DNA of 51,601 nt from Candidatus Nanohaloarchaea archaeon (GCA_042218075.1 JBDGRK010000027.1:1-51601), one strand, 5' to 3'. Shown: positions 16,657 to 26,536, numbered from the stretch's first letter. Notes: generated from the letters alone by a model not told the origin. A program made the numbers and translations.

Positions 16657-17871
16657 CTACTTCCTCAGTCTCTTCTCCACCTGCTCCTGGAAATCCATCA
16701 AATGTTCTGTGATGACTGCGAAGCCCTGGTGCGGGTGATCGAAGTAGGAGAAGTAGTTGTGGACCGATCCATCATCGTATGTCTTGGTGGCGATGTGGTG
16801 GAGGTGGTCGGAGGTTGTGAACTTTCTCCACACACTCATCACCTCCTCGTCGTCCAGCTCTTTAACCTTTGACTCTAGCTCCTGTATCCTGTCGAAAAGC
16901 ATCCGCTGCATCGGGTTGCCTAGCCAGGCCGAGGCGTCCATCTCCTGGTCCGCCCACGAGACCGTGTTGTACTCGAAGGCGTCGAAAGTTCCAACCGGAT
17001 CGTTTTCGGCAACTTCCCTCACCTTGGCGAACTCCATGTGGTCGTGCTTCAGAACTTCCTGAGGAAGAGCTTCCAGGAACCAGAGTATTCCGGTTCCCTC
17101 CCAGTGATGCTCCCCGAAAGTCTCGTAGTCCATGAAGAGGTTGATATGGTCTCCCTGACAGGCGGAGAGCCACATCGAGTACTTTTCCGCTGTGAGTGGA
17201 TACTCGTCCCACCATTCCGCGCTGAAACGGTATCCAACGTCATCTGTCAACTTCCTGTTCCTCAGCATTATCGAGTTTCCGTCCTCGGTGACAAAGTCCG
17301 GCTGGGTGTAGTTGTGGTTGGCGGATCTCCAGCCCAGAATTCTCGGGACTCCCTCCGTGAAGATGCCGCTGTAGCCCTCCTCTGAAGCAATTTTTCCAAT
17401 CTCGTTGTGGTAGATCAGCTCAGTGTTCGTCATCACCTGTGGAGTGACACCAAACTCCTCCTCAATTATCTCTCTATGCCTGTTAAGCTGGTAGCGGAAC
17501 TCTTTCTTGTCGTTGAAAAGTCCTGTCAACGAATGGTAGTGGGACTGGCCGATGAAGTCGATAGTCGAGTCAGGGAAGCGGTTGAGCATGTCGAGCAGTT
17601 CAGGGTGGTACTCTTTCGCCTGTTCGATCCAGGAGCTCGAGATGGAAAAGTTGACCTTGAACTCTCGATCCTTGCCTTCAAACTTTTTAGCCTCCCTCAG
17701 CAGTCGCTCCGTCGCTGGGAAGTAGCAGTTCTCTGCCACATCCCTGAAAAAGTGCTCGTTCATCTCGTCGTCAAAGTAGCGGTCGTAGAGGTTGGAGGCG
17801 TCCTCGTTCACTCCATCCACTCTCAACCTGTGGGGCTGGTGAACCTCGAAGGAGAGGCTTATTGGAAGCAT
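16657..17871 (-). CDS. Glycoside hydrolase family 57 (alpha-amylase-like)
   Basis: FEVHQP, YHS, NTELIY (nucleophile Glu), FMDYETFGEH, SWAD, TTSDHLH. Confidence 0.95.
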   Translation of the reverse strand: MLPISLSFEVHQPHRLRVDGVNEDASNLYDRYFDDEMNEHFFRDVAENCYFPATERLLREAKKFEGKDREFKVNFSISSSWIEQAKEYHPELLDMLNRFPDSTIDFIGQSHYHSLTGLFNDKKEFRYQLNRHREIIEEEFGVTPQVMTNTELIYHNEIGKIASEEGYSGIFTEGVPRILGWRSANHNYTQPDFVTEDGNSIMLRNRKLTDDVGYRFSAEWWDEYPLTAEKYSMWLSACQGDHINLFMDYETFGEHHWEGTGILWFLEALPQEVLKHDHMEFAKVREVAENDPVGTFDAFEYNTVSWADQEMDASAWLGNPMQRMLFDRIQELESKVKELDDEEVMSVWRKFTTSDHLHHIATKTYDDGSVHNYFSYFDHPHQGFAVITEHLMDFQEQVEKRLRK

Positions 17872-17952
17872 GTGGAAGCTTTTTCCTCTTCTGTTTAAAA
17901 CCCATCCGGTGTTCTCGAGAAGTGTTAAAAGCTGTGGTAGTTTATTTTCGGT

Positions 17953-18801
17953 ATGGCTGAGTGGTTTGTCTTCGCAGTTATCGGGATGCTGGGTTCCGGA
18001 TTCCAGAACTTCGGGTATAAGCTTGCGGCTGAGAAAGGCTGCAATAGCGCAACTTTACTTTCCTCGTTTATTGGTACAGGAGCTTTACTCGCATACGTGA
18101 TGATCCTTTTTATGGGGGCCGAAGTAGGTAATATCCAGGTTCTGATCGGTCTGGCTCTTGCGAATGCTTTAGCTTATGTTGTGAGATTTCTGGCGAGACA
18201 GGAGGCCCATAAGCTAGTTCCTCTCGTATGGTCTCTACCTCTTATGAAAATGAGTACTGGTATCGTGGCTGTTCTCGGAGTGATCTTTCTTGGGGAGACG
18301 ATGAGCAAGTTCAACGCCTTTGGTGTTCTAGTATCTCTTGCAGTGATATGGATTCTCGGTACCGAAAGAGAGGGAGGAGATTTCGTAAATGTCAGGAAAG
18401 GTGCCTTATTCATATTTATAGTGATAGTTGCGGCTGTGGCAGGTAGCTTTGTGGTTAAGTTCGCGAGCGGTTTGGACAAGTTTGTGTTCATCGCGTTAAG
18501 TTATTCTATGATGTTTTTCATGGCATTTCCTCTACAGAAAAGGTTCAGCAATCTTTCTGAAGCTACAAGTAGAACTGCTATCAAGTGGGGAAGCATTATT
18601 GGCGGAATAAACTTTTTGAGCTTCACAAGCCTGCTTACGGCACTTGAAGAGGGCCCGATCTCAATAGTGTTTCCTCTCTTCAGCCTTGGAATGGCAGTAT
18701 CAGTGGCTATGAGTACCTTAATATTGGATGAAAAATTAAATCTGAAGAGGATTCTGGGATTCTTTGCCGCTATATTTGCTTTAGTTCTGCTTCGAATTTG
18801 A
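17953..18801 (+). CDS. EamA/DMT family transporter
   Basis: About 10 TM segments in two repeats; FLGE and ILDEKL repeat ends; GPISIVFP. Confidence 0.88.
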   Translation: MAEWFVFAVIGMLGSGFQNFGYKLAAEKGCNSATLLSSFIGTGALLAYVMILFMGAEVGNIQVLIGLALANALAYVVRFLARQEAHKLVPLVWSLPLMKMSTGIVAVLGVIFLGETMSKFNAFGVLVSLAVIWILGTEREGGDFVNVRKGALFIFIVIVAAVAGSFVVKFASGLDKFVFIALSYSMMFFMAFPLQKRFSNLSEATSRTAIKWGSIIGGINFLSFTSLLTALEEGPISIVFPLFSLGMAVSVAMSTLILDEKLNLKRILGFFAAIFALVLLRI

Positions 18802-18844
18802 ATGCCAATTTGAATTAAAAGTTAGAGTACCGAAGTTGAATAGC

Positions 18845-19075
18845 ATGGAGGTAGAAACCGAGGAAGTGGAGGAAGGAACCCTGATCAGGGTCGCAACTGG
18901 TTCAGAAGTCGCTGTTGTAGTTGAATCTGAGGAAGGGGAGAGAATTTACCTTCCCGAATCCGGTGGATCCGACAGCACCTATTACGTGGACGAAGTGGAG
19001 AGCTTGAGAAAAACTGAATCAGGTTATTCTGTGGTGCATCCCGGGAAAGCGGAAGAAATTCAAGTTTTAGGCTAG
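18845..19075 (+). CDS. Small acidic hypothetical protein
   Basis: ATG at 18845; very acidic, beta-rich (VAVVVES.EGERIYLP); fills the gap between genes. Confidence 0.7.
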   Translation: MEVETEEVEEGTLIRVATGSEVAVVVESEEGERIYLPESGGSDSTYYVDEVESLRKTESGYSVVHPGKAEEIQVLG

Positions 19076-20098
19076 ATTCTCGTATGTCTCGATTACCTCG
19101 TCCGCCATCTCTTTCCAGCTCCTCTGTTCGTGTACAGGAACTTCGGATTCAAGGGCTTTCTCTACACCCTGTTTAATCGAATCCGAATCCGGCTCGATTC
19201 GGAATATTGAATCCCCCGCTATCTCTTCCACGCCGCTTCCTGTCGCAACAACAGGAGTACCGGACTCCAGCGCCTCCGTTATCGTGAGGCCGAAGGGCTC
19301 CTCTATCGAAGGTGAAACGAACACATCCGCCTCCCGGTAGTAGTCTCCCAGCTCTTCCCTGGGTATGAAACCGGTGAAAACCACACTATCTTCAATATCC
19401 AGTATATCCACGAACTTCTCGAGTGATTCTTTCATGTGTCCCTCGCCACCCACAACCAGTGTCGCATCCTTCTCCCTAAGGAGCTTATTGAAGCCATAAA
19501 TCAGGTGCTCCACGCCTTTCTGCTCCGCGTGCCTTCCGACAAAGAGGATCATCTCCCCTTCAATATCGAGCGCGTCCCTGACATCCTTTCCGGATTCCGG
19601 GGGCTTTGAGAAGCCATTGTGTATCATCCGCGGTCCCCTGCCGTAGTTCTCCTCCACCTGCTCCGCCAGCCTCTGGCTCACCGCGATCAAGCCATCAGAG
19701 CTCTCTGCGGCCGCTCTCTCCATTTTTTCTATACGCTCATCCGGATTCCTGCTCCTGCTGGAGCTCAGGGAGTGGAAAGTATGCACCCATATAACACCGT
19801 TATACTTCCTTGTCTTGAAACCGGACTCTGATCCAAACCAGTCATGGGTGTGAATGATATCAAAATCGGATGATAGATCTGCTATTTCCTGGCTCATTTT
19901 CCTGGCTTTCTGCACCATGTCGCCGTCTCCTGTCTCGATCGGGACTATACTCTCTCTCTCCGGAGCTCTTTCCTCTGGAAGTGCAAGCTTGACTTCGATA
20001 CCTCGATTCTCTAGCTCCTCAAACAGGTGCCTGACGTGGATGTCCAGTCCTCCATCTATCTCCGGGGGAAAACCCCAGCCAACGAGTAGAATCCTCAT
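19067..20098 (-). CDS. GT4 glycosyltransferase (possible glycogen/alpha-glucan synthase)
   Basis: GWGFPPEIDGGL, IIHTHDW, FVGRHAEQKG, PSIEEPFGLTITEALESGTPVV. Confidence 0.92.
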   Translation of the reverse strand: MRILLVGWGFPPEIDGGLDIHVRHLFEELENRGIEVKLALPEERAPERESIVPIETGDGDMVQKARKMSQEIADLSSDFDIIHTHDWFGSESGFKTRKYNGVIWVHTFHSLSSSRSRNPDERIEKMERAAAESSDGLIAVSQRLAEQVEENYGRGPRMIHNGFSKPPESGKDVRDALDIEGEMILFVGRHAEQKGVEHLIYGFNKLLREKDATLVVGGEGHMKESLEKFVDILDIEDSVVFTGFIPREELGDYYREADVFVSPSIEEPFGLTITEALESGTPVVATGSGVEEIAGDSIFRIEPDSDSIKQGVEKALESEVPVHEQRSWKEMADEVIETYENLA

Positions 20099-20490
20099 TT
20101 TTGGGCTCCCGGTTTCTCTATTTCAAGCTGATCTATTCCATCGAAGTCTCTATCTCCTGTGACTAGATTTGCTCCTGTCTTTTGAGCTGTACCTGCTATC
20201 AGTACATCTGCAAGGTTAACTTTCTTTTCTTCTTCCTCAAGATTCTTCTCGATTTTTGCGGCATTCTCAGCTGATTCCTGATCCAGCTTTTGTATCTTGA
20301 GCCAGCTCAGGTCCTCCTTTAAGCGCTCTATGTCATTTTTTCCTTTTGATTTAAGTTCGCCTCTCGATAATTCGAAAAAACTTACACTGCTGGCGATGAA
20401 TACTTCATGGGGTCTTTCTTCAAGGTATTCCAGTGCGTACTCACGACCCCTGAGATAATCTACCAGGAAACTGGTATCCAGGAATTTCAT
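20095..20490 (-). CDS. vapC: PIN-domain toxin VapC
   Basis: FLDTSFLVD, FELSRG, LADVLIAGTA, LVTGDRDF. Confidence 0.93.
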   Translation of the reverse strand: MKFLDTSFLVDYLRGREYALEYLEERPHEVFIASSVSFFELSRGELKSKGKNDIERLKEDLSWLKIQKLDQESAENAAKIEKNLEEEEKKVNLADVLIAGTAQKTGANLVTGDRDFDGIDQLEIEKPGAQK

Positions 20491-20705
20491 CTCTTTTTCC
20501 TCAAATCCCTGTCAAGCTTTTCCCTACCCTTTTCAACTACTTCCTCTATATCTTCCTTCTGCTCCCAGCGGCCGAATCCTCCGCTGAAATCCTTCTCTCC
20601 CTCCGTGACCTTCATTATAACATCGCTAAAACTCTCGTCTTTCTGCTTGAAGTTTTTCAGTCTTCTATATGCTTCTTCACGAATTGAGAGACTCTTCGTC
20701 GCCAT
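20487..20705 (-). CDS. vapB: VapB-type antitoxin (DUF217-like)
   Basis: MATKSLSIREEAYRRLKNFKQKDESFSDVI; ATGA overlap with vapC. Confidence 0.9.
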   Translation of the reverse strand: MATKSLSIREEAYRRLKNFKQKDESFSDVIMKVTEGEKDFSGGFGRWEQKEDIEEVVEKGREKLDRDLRKKR

Positions 20706-20707
20706 AT

Positions 20708-20719
20708 ACGTATATACGT
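20708..20719. promoter_or_regulatory. Palindrome ACGTATATACGT just upstream of vapB (possible autoregulatory operator)
   Basis: Perfect 12-bp palindrome next to the start codon. Confidence 0.4.
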
Positions 20720-20746
20720 GGGTATAGGTTAAATTTCTTTTGAAAT

Positions 20747-21421
20747 CTATCTCTCTGTGATTTTTCCATCCTCAAGCCATATAACCTCGTCGGCCTTCTC
20801 TCCGTGCTCCTGCTCGTGGTTGACTGTTATGACCGTCTGGCCTGACTCCGATATATCCCTGAAAATTCCCATTATCTCGTTCGAGGTCTCTGTATCCAGC
20901 TGTGAGTTAGGCTCGTCCGCGAGTACAATCTCCGGCTGGTTAACCAGTGCTCTTGCTATCGCAACCCTCTGCCTCTGACCCCCGGAAAGCTCTTCCGGGG
21001 TGTGGTCCAGTCTGTCGGCAAGCCTGACTTTCTCAAGCGCTTCCCTGGAGCTCTTCCTTGCCTCCTTTTTTGGTTTTCCTTTCATTACCAGGGGCATGAA
21101 GACATTCTCCAGTGCTGTAAATCCGGATAGAAGAGAGTAGAACTGGAAGACGAAACCTATCTTTTCCATCCTGAGATGGGCTTTCTGCCTGTCCGAGAGC
21201 TTTGAAGTTTTCTTCCCGGACAGGTAAACTTCTCCGGAGCTGGGTGCGTCAAGCAGACCGATCATGTGCATCAGTGTCGACTTTCCTGATCCTGATGGAC
21301 CCATTATCGAGGTAAAACTGCCTTTCTCTATCTCAAGATTGACTCCTTCAAGCGCCTTCACCGTCAGTTCGCCCATCTGGTACTCCTTCCTCAGGTCTTC
21401 AGTCCTTATAGAGTAGTTCAT
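20747..21421 (-). CDS. ABC transporter ATP-binding protein, LolD/MacB type
   Basis: GPSGSGKST, IGFVFQ, LSGGQRQRVAIARAL, LADEP. Confidence 0.95.
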   Translation of the reverse strand: MNYSIRTEDLRKEYQMGELTVKALEGVNLEIEKGSFTSIMGPSGSGKSTLMHMIGLLDAPSSGEVYLSGKKTSKLSDRQKAHLRMEKIGFVFQFYSLLSGFTALENVFMPLVMKGKPKKEARKSSREALEKVRLADRLDHTPEELSGGQRQRVAIARALVNQPEIVLADEPNSQLDTETSNEIMGIFRDISESGQTVITVNHEQEHGEKADEVIWLEDGKITER

Positions 21422-22596
21422 CTCTGCTCGATCACCTCCACTATCTGTCTCTGGGATACCATGTAGGAGGGGATAATCCCGGCGATCAGAGTCGCCACCA
21501 TCATCCAGATGTTTCTTGTTATCAGGAGTTCTTTGGTAAGCACTGTCGAAAGTATTCCTATAGGCGTATTTAGTGGGTTGGAGGCGAGATAAGTGTGAAC
21601 AGATATCATTATCAGGTTCCCGATTGCGAGTCCAATCAGGCCGAAGATCAGGGCTTCAAGAACGAACACGGACATGACTTCAAGTCTTTCAGCACCTATA
21701 GATCTTATAATTCCTGTCTCCCTGGCTCTCTTGTTGGTGTTGATGAATATAACGACTCCGACCGAGGTAATCGCGACAATCAAACCAACTAGCGATACAA
21801 CGCCTGTAACAATTGCAAAGGTTGAGTTTATCGAGTCCGCAACATCGGAAATCTCGTCCCATGTCTTTATCTCGCCTTTCACATTCAGTTCTTTCAGCTG
21901 TTGCTTGAACTCGTCCGCGTTTTCCCTATCTTCCAGGAGCACTTTTACAGCGGAGGCTTCTCCCTCCGCATCAATCAATTCTTCAGCGGTATCGTAGGGG
22001 ATTATGACCTGCCTGACAAGTGTTCCAGGACCCTGTCTTCCGACTCTTCCTACCGCTTTAAGTTCTCTTGAACTGTTCTCGTGCCTAACCGTGACTATCC
22101 TTCCAGGCTGGAGGTCTAACCCCTCGTTTCCAATAGTATTTTCATCCTCCGCAAGGCTGTCTCCTATGAGAACCTTCTCCGTGTCCCCGTTTCTTAGGGG
22201 ATCTCCTGACACTACTCTTGAGCTGTAGGTCTCGGAACCGGGAGTTGAGCTCCCTATAACTGTTGCGGAAATCGTTCTGTCCTGGTGTTCTATCTCCGCG
22301 GTGAACTCCAGTCTTTTCTCCACTTCAACCACTCCTTCTAGACTGGATATTTTTCTTGAAAGCGCTTCCGGGTTCTGGATACGCCCTTCTTCTGCTGTGA
22401 TTGTTATATGGCCGGTCTGGGTCTCGATTATGTTAGAGGTGAACGTGTCGCTGAGCCCCTGGATGAATGCGGGGAAGAATACAAGGTTAAGGAAGGAAAA
22501 CGCCAGCATCGCGACTACTACAACTGAAATCTTCCTGTCGTCCAGTATGTCCCGCCTTGCCAGCAGGAATACGAACCTATACCTCTTCCAGTTCAT
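21418..22596 (-). CDS. ABC transporter permease, FtsX/MacB/LolC-E type
   Basis: 1 TM + large extracytoplasmic domain + 3 TM; RARETGIIRSIGA motif; ATG at 22596 preferred. Confidence 0.9.
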   Translation of the reverse strand: MNWKRYRFVFLLARRDILDDRKISVVVVAMLAFSFLNLVFFPAFIQGLSDTFTSNIIETQTGHITITAEEGRIQNPEALSRKISSLEGVVEVEKRLEFTAEIEHQDRTISATVIGSSTPGSETYSSRVVSGDPLRNGDTEKVLIGDSLAEDENTIGNEGLDLQPGRIVTVRHENSSRELKAVGRVGRQGPGTLVRQVIIPYDTAEELIDAEGEASAVKVLLEDRENADEFKQQLKELNVKGEIKTWDEISDVADSINSTFAIVTGVVSLVGLIVAITSVGVVIFINTNKRARETGIIRSIGAERLEVMSVFVLEALIFGLIGLAIGNLIMISVHTYLASNPLNTPIGILSTVLTKELLITRNIWMMVATLIAGIIPSYMVSQRQIVEVIEQR

Positions 22597-23692
22597 CTTT
22601 TCTCCTCTTTCTCCAGTAGAATCCAAGAGCTGCTATAACCAGAACAGCCGCGATCGCGGGCAGAATAATTGAATTCTGTTTCGAGGAACTGAAGCTGAAT
22701 TCTTCTTTAATCTTTCTCTGACTGTGATCCCGGAACTCTGTCCGGAGTGTACATTCTGCTCTCACGGACTCCGGTTCTACAGTGAAAACCATCGGAACGT
22801 TTTCCTCGTCCTCAAGCTGTCCGACGAAGGATTTGCCGGACTTGACTCTGGCTCCCTCGCATTCCAGACTTGAAACGATCTGCTCTGCCTCTCCAGGACC
22901 CAGGTTCTCTATCTCGGCTGTAACAGTTGTCTCCTTGCCTATAACCGCTTTCTCCACTTCGACATCTGAAACTGTAAGCTCTGCCTTTTCCAGCACCTTT
23001 ACCGGTAGTTTGACCGTATTCTCTCCGGACTCGGACTCGTCCCTGTAGTCCAGTGATAGCTCCAGCGATTTCAGTCCAGAATCTGTACTCTCGTCGGCGC
23101 TTACTCTTAATCGCTTCTCAACGGTCTCTCCAGGTTTTACCTCTCCCAGAACTGTCTCCGGAGGACTCACGCTAAATGTATCTGAAGCAGAGCCCAGCAC
23201 TACCTGTGAGGCCTCGTCCGACCCGATATTTTCGATCTCAACTTTTGTTGTTACATTCTCTCCCGGTGTCATCTCGATCCTTCCGGAGTTTATCACCAGG
23301 TTGGGCTCCCCGTCCACGCTCAGCCTGAACTTCTCTACAACTCCGTATCTCCCCGAGGAAATGTTGAGGTCGACGGGATATCTTCCGGTATCGGCCGACT
23401 CCTTCACCTTGAAGTAAAGCAGACCGGTCTTCTGGCATCCTCCGCACAGCGAGAAAGATTTCCTGAAGCCAGAGGTCGTGCCTATAAATCTAACCCCTTC
23501 GACAGTTTCCACGCCAAGCGGTGAAAATCTGGCGGATCTATCGCCTTCATTCTTGACAAGAACGGATAGTTCGACTGTATCCCCGGGCTCGGAGGGCTGT
23601 GGTTCAACGTTTTGGACTGTAATAACGGGCTCGGGTGCAGCGTACGTGAAGGGAACCATTAGCAGGATAGCGATGGCTATGTATTTCTTCAT
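22577..23692 (-). CDS. COG1361-like surface protein with Ig/CARDB-like repeats
   Basis: Signal peptide, three repeats of (V/I)xNxG...A, C-terminal TM followed by RKRRK. Confidence 0.82.
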   Translation of the reverse strand: MKKYIAIAILLMVPFTYAAPEPVITVQNVEPQPSEPGDTVELSVLVKNEGDRSARFSPLGVETVEGVRFIGTTSGFRKSFSLCGGCQKTGLLYFKVKESADTGRYPVDLNISSGRYGVVEKFRLSVDGEPNLVINSGRIEMTPGENVTTKVEIENIGSDEASQVVLGSASDTFSVSPPETVLGEVKPGETVEKRLRVSADESTDSGLKSLELSLDYRDESESGENTVKLPVKVLEKAELTVSDVEVEKAVIGKETTVTAEIENLGPGEAEQIVSSLECEGARVKSGKSFVGQLEDEENVPMVFTVEPESVRAECTLRTEFRDHSQRKIKEEFSFSSSKQNSIILPAIAAVLVIAALGFYWRKRRKDELEEV

Positions 23693-23722
23693 GAAGATAA
23701 TTTTACCATCCCTATTTTTAAA

Positions 23723-23742
23723 GTTAGTTTACGTTAACTAAC
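23723..23742. promoter_or_regulatory. Putative TetR operator
   Basis: GTTAGTT-T-ACGT-T-AACTAAC, a 20-bp palindrome with one mismatched pair, in the 66-bp divergent intergenic region next to TTTTTAAA. Confidence 0.7.
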
Positions 23743-23758
23743 ATAGGGTTTTCTCAGG

Positions 23759-24346
23759 ATGAACTTCATAAGAAAGGACACCGAGGACCGCCAGGAGGAG
23801 ATACTCAAGGTTTCTCTCGAGATTATACACGAGGAAGGGCAGTCAGCTCTCACGGTCAGGAATATAGCTGAGGAGATAGGTATATCGGAAGCGGCGGTCT
23901 ACAGGCACTTCGAGGACAAGCAGGAGATCGTCCGGAGTCTCTCGGAGAAGGTTATCGAACAGGATGAAATGCCAGAGTGCGTCGAGTTCGATTCCGCTGA
24001 ACGCATGATGGAAAGTATTCTGGAATGCTTGTTTGAAAGTATTGGAGAAAACCCGGAGATGACCGCTGTAATCTTCCACGACGAGTTCTTCAACCAGTAC
24101 GACGAGGTGAGAGAGATGTTCAGAGAGCACAGGGAGAGGAAGGAGGATTGGCTGAAGGATCTGCTGGAGGAGGGGAAAGAAAGAGGTATTGTGGGGGATG
24201 AGGTTGATTCTGAAACGTTCTCGACAATCATGGCCGGAACAGTGATGATGTCTGTCAGGAAATGGCGGGAGGGCGACTTCTCATACTCGCTGAAGGAGGA
24301 AGCAGGAGATCTAGCGGAACAGCTCTCAGGGATTCTGGAAAGCTAA
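23759..24346 (+). CDS. TetR/AcrR family transcriptional regulator
   Basis: HTH LTVRNIAEEIGISEAAVYRHFEDKQEI. Confidence 0.95.
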   Translation: MNFIRKDTEDRQEEILKVSLEIIHEEGQSALTVRNIAEEIGISEAAVYRHFEDKQEIVRSLSEKVIEQDEMPECVEFDSAERMMESILECLFESIGENPEMTAVIFHDEFFNQYDEVREMFREHRERKEDWLKDLLEEGKERGIVGDEVDSETFSTIMAGTVMMSVRKWREGDFSYSLKEEAGDLAEQLSGILES

Positions 24347-24350
24347 TTTA

Positions 24351-25376
24351 TCACTCTATCTCCATCGTCTCGTTGGTCTTCCTGATTGAAGTTTCTCGAT
24401 CCTCCATCTCGAACATCGCTCTTATGGCGTCGATGTTATCCGGCACCACGATTGATTCCTGGTGCACCATGTGGATCCAGTAGGCCCTGTTTCCTTCCAC
24501 CTTTACTGTTTCCTCCCAGATGCCTGCCTCGGGCATGTCGCTCCTCTTCCTGTGGAGGTCCCTCATCATCTCGTGGATCTTTCCCGTCGAGTCGTAACCT
24601 TCCTCGGCGGAGAACATTCTCACCCTCGGTTGATCCTCGAAAGCTTCCTTGACTTCCCGCTCTGAAACTTGCTCTTCAAGGTCTGCCTGCACCATGTGAA
24701 CGTGTCCGAAGGTTACAGGCACTTTTACCGCGAGGGTCGTGATGTCGAGTTCCGGCATCACTTCCTGCACATCGGGTCCGTGGTGGGAGGGTATCTCGGG
24801 AACCGGTATTGTGGAGTTGATTGGTCCTCTTCCATCCTGCGGGATGTCGCCTCCCCTCCTGACAAGGTTGGCGACAGCTTTCTCCACCCCGTGATTTTCA
24901 TCCAGAGCGCTCAGGGTTCTTGAAAGAGAGGTTGTGTTGCAGGATACAACTTTCACAAAGTCTTCTCCTCTAGCTTCCTCATAGTTCGCGTCGGCGTTGA
25001 ACTTCACCTCCGCCATGGAGTCGGAAGCGCCTCCCTGGAAGATCGCCTTTACATCGTGGGGCTTGTACAGGTTTTCTTTATTCTTCTCATCGATCCCCGG
25101 GGGCGTGCAGTCGACAACGAGATCTACTTCATCGAGCTGTTCTTCAAGAAGCCCTTCCACGTAGAAACCCTGCCTCTCAAGTTTGTCTTTACCATCTTCG
25201 TTCGAGGCGTAGAGGTCTGTGCCGTGCAGAGGTCCCTCCTCACTCAGGACTGTCCTGATCCCTCCTGTTTGGGAGACATCTGCTACACCGTAGAGCTCCA
25301 TGTCCTCCTGGTTTTTGACTGCTTCAGCCACCCTTTTCCCGATCGTGCCGACTCCGGCCACGACAACTTTTACCAT
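24351..25376 (-). CDS. gap: Glyceraldehyde-3-phosphate dehydrogenase, archaeal type II
   Basis: MVKVVVAGVGTIGKRVA, DCTP, FQGG, VVSCNTT, PSHHGPDV, HQESIVVPDNIDAIRA; start reassigned to 25376. Confidence 0.96.
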   Translation of the reverse strand: MVKVVVAGVGTIGKRVAEAVKNQEDMELYGVADVSQTGGIRTVLSEEGPLHGTDLYASNEDGKDKLERQGFYVEGLLEEQLDEVDLVVDCTPPGIDEKNKENLYKPHDVKAIFQGGASDSMAEVKFNADANYEEARGEDFVKVVSCNTTSLSRTLSALDENHGVEKAVANLVRRGGDIPQDGRGPINSTIPVPEIPSHHGPDVQEVMPELDITTLAVKVPVTFGHVHMVQADLEEQVSEREVKEAFEDQPRVRMFSAEEGYDSTGKIHEMMRDLHRKRSDMPEAGIWEETVKVEGNRAYWIHMVHQESIVVPDNIDAIRAMFEMEDRETSIRKTNETMEIE

Positions 25377-25433
25377 GATATCACATCGGAGATTTCCCGA
25401 AGCTTGAATAAAAAAACTCCACATTTGGAATCC

Positions 25434-26216
25434 ATGGAACACCTTCTGGAAAAACTGGATCGTGACCCAGATTCCCACAAGGGGGAGAATGGGAAAGTTG
25501 GGATTATAGGCGGAAGCAAGGATTTTACCGGAGCACCCTCCCTCTCTGCAAAAGCTGCATTGAGGACGGGCTGCGACCTGGCAAAGATCCTGACTTCAGA
25601 GTACTCGAGATCGGTGGTCGCAGGATTCTCGGAGAACTTTATAGTCGATTCCCATCCCTCCGGCTATCTAGACGAGAGAGGAATGGAGAAGGCCGAGGAG
25701 CTTCAGGATTGGAGCGACTGTTGTGTTATAGGTCCGGGTCTTGGAGATCCTGATGATGATACGATCAGGCAGATGGTTTCGGAAGCCAGTAAACCTCTAA
25801 TAATAGATGCGGAGGCGATTCAACCTGCTCTGGACGCCGAATTGTATGATGCTGTTTTCACGCCCCACCGCGGAGAGGCTGAAGTAATTCGGGAAAGATT
25901 CACCTCGATCCAGGATTTTGTGGACGAGAAAGAAGTGGTCGTGGTTGTGAAGGGTCAAGTGGATAGAATCTACTCTCCGGAAGGAGTTGAAGCGAACGAT
26001 ACTGGAGATCCAACGATGACAGTTGGAGGCACAGGAGATGTCCTGACGGGAATAATCGCATCTCTAGTCTCGCAGGGGCTCGATCCTGAAGAGGCGGCAA
26101 GGCTCGGGTGCTGGATTGACGGAAAGGCGGGAGAGCTGGCCTCGGAAGAATACGGAAATGGAGCTTTGGCGACCGATATGATCGAGAATATTCCTGAAGT
26201 TATAGAAAGTAATTGA
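25434..26216 (+). CDS. nnrD: NAD(P)H-hydrate dehydratase (stand-alone YjeF C-terminal domain)
   Basis: HKGENGKVGIIGGS, GAP, IGPGLG, TPHRGE, VKG, MTVGGTGDVLTG; start reassigned to ATG 25434. Confidence 0.93.
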   Translation: MEHLLEKLDRDPDSHKGENGKVGIIGGSKDFTGAPSLSAKAALRTGCDLAKILTSEYSRSVVAGFSENFIVDSHPSGYLDERGMEKAEELQDWSDCCVIGPGLGDPDDDTIRQMVSEASKPLIIDAEAIQPALDAELYDAVFTPHRGEAEVIRERFTSIQDFVDEKEVVVVVKGQVDRIYSPEGVEANDTGDPTMTVGGTGDVLTGIIASLVSQGLDPEEAARLGCWIDGKAGELASEEYGNGALATDMIENIPEVIESN

Positions 26217-26227
26217 AGTCCAAATGC

Positions 26228-26533
26228 TCAAATCCTGCTTTTCAATTCCCGCTCAGTTTCTTTCCCGTATCCTTTCTCTCGATGAAAGATTCCTCTCTCA
26301 TATACCTTCTCGTCTTCTATCTGGTAGAAAATTCGATGGTTGAGTCTTGAGTTCCTGTCTTCTTCCTGCAGTTTTATCCTGAAGAGATCCAGACTCCCAA
26401 TTTCTATGTAAGTTGAGTTATCTGGCGTTGCGTTCTCTTCCAGTTCTTCAATCTGGTCTATGATTATGTCTTTTATATCCGGATCCAAATCGGCCAGGTC
26501 CTTGCGGGCTTCTTCCTTCACTATTACTTCCAT
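26228..26533 (-). CDS. relE: RelE/ParE-family toxin
   Basis: EEARKDLADL N-terminus, LFRIK...HRIFYQI...IFHR. Confidence 0.8.
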   Translation of the reverse strand: MEVIVKEEARKDLADLDPDIKDIIIDQIEELEENATPDNSTYIEIGSLDLFRIKLQEEDRNSRLNHRIFYQIEDEKVYERGIFHREKGYGKETERELKSRI

Positions 26534-26536
26534 AAG

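Noticed and set aside
24351-26216. Long overlap of gap and nnrD implied by the ORF track (starts 25478 and 25056)
   Set aside because: Motif-based starts at 25376 and 25434 give non-overlapping divergent genes.
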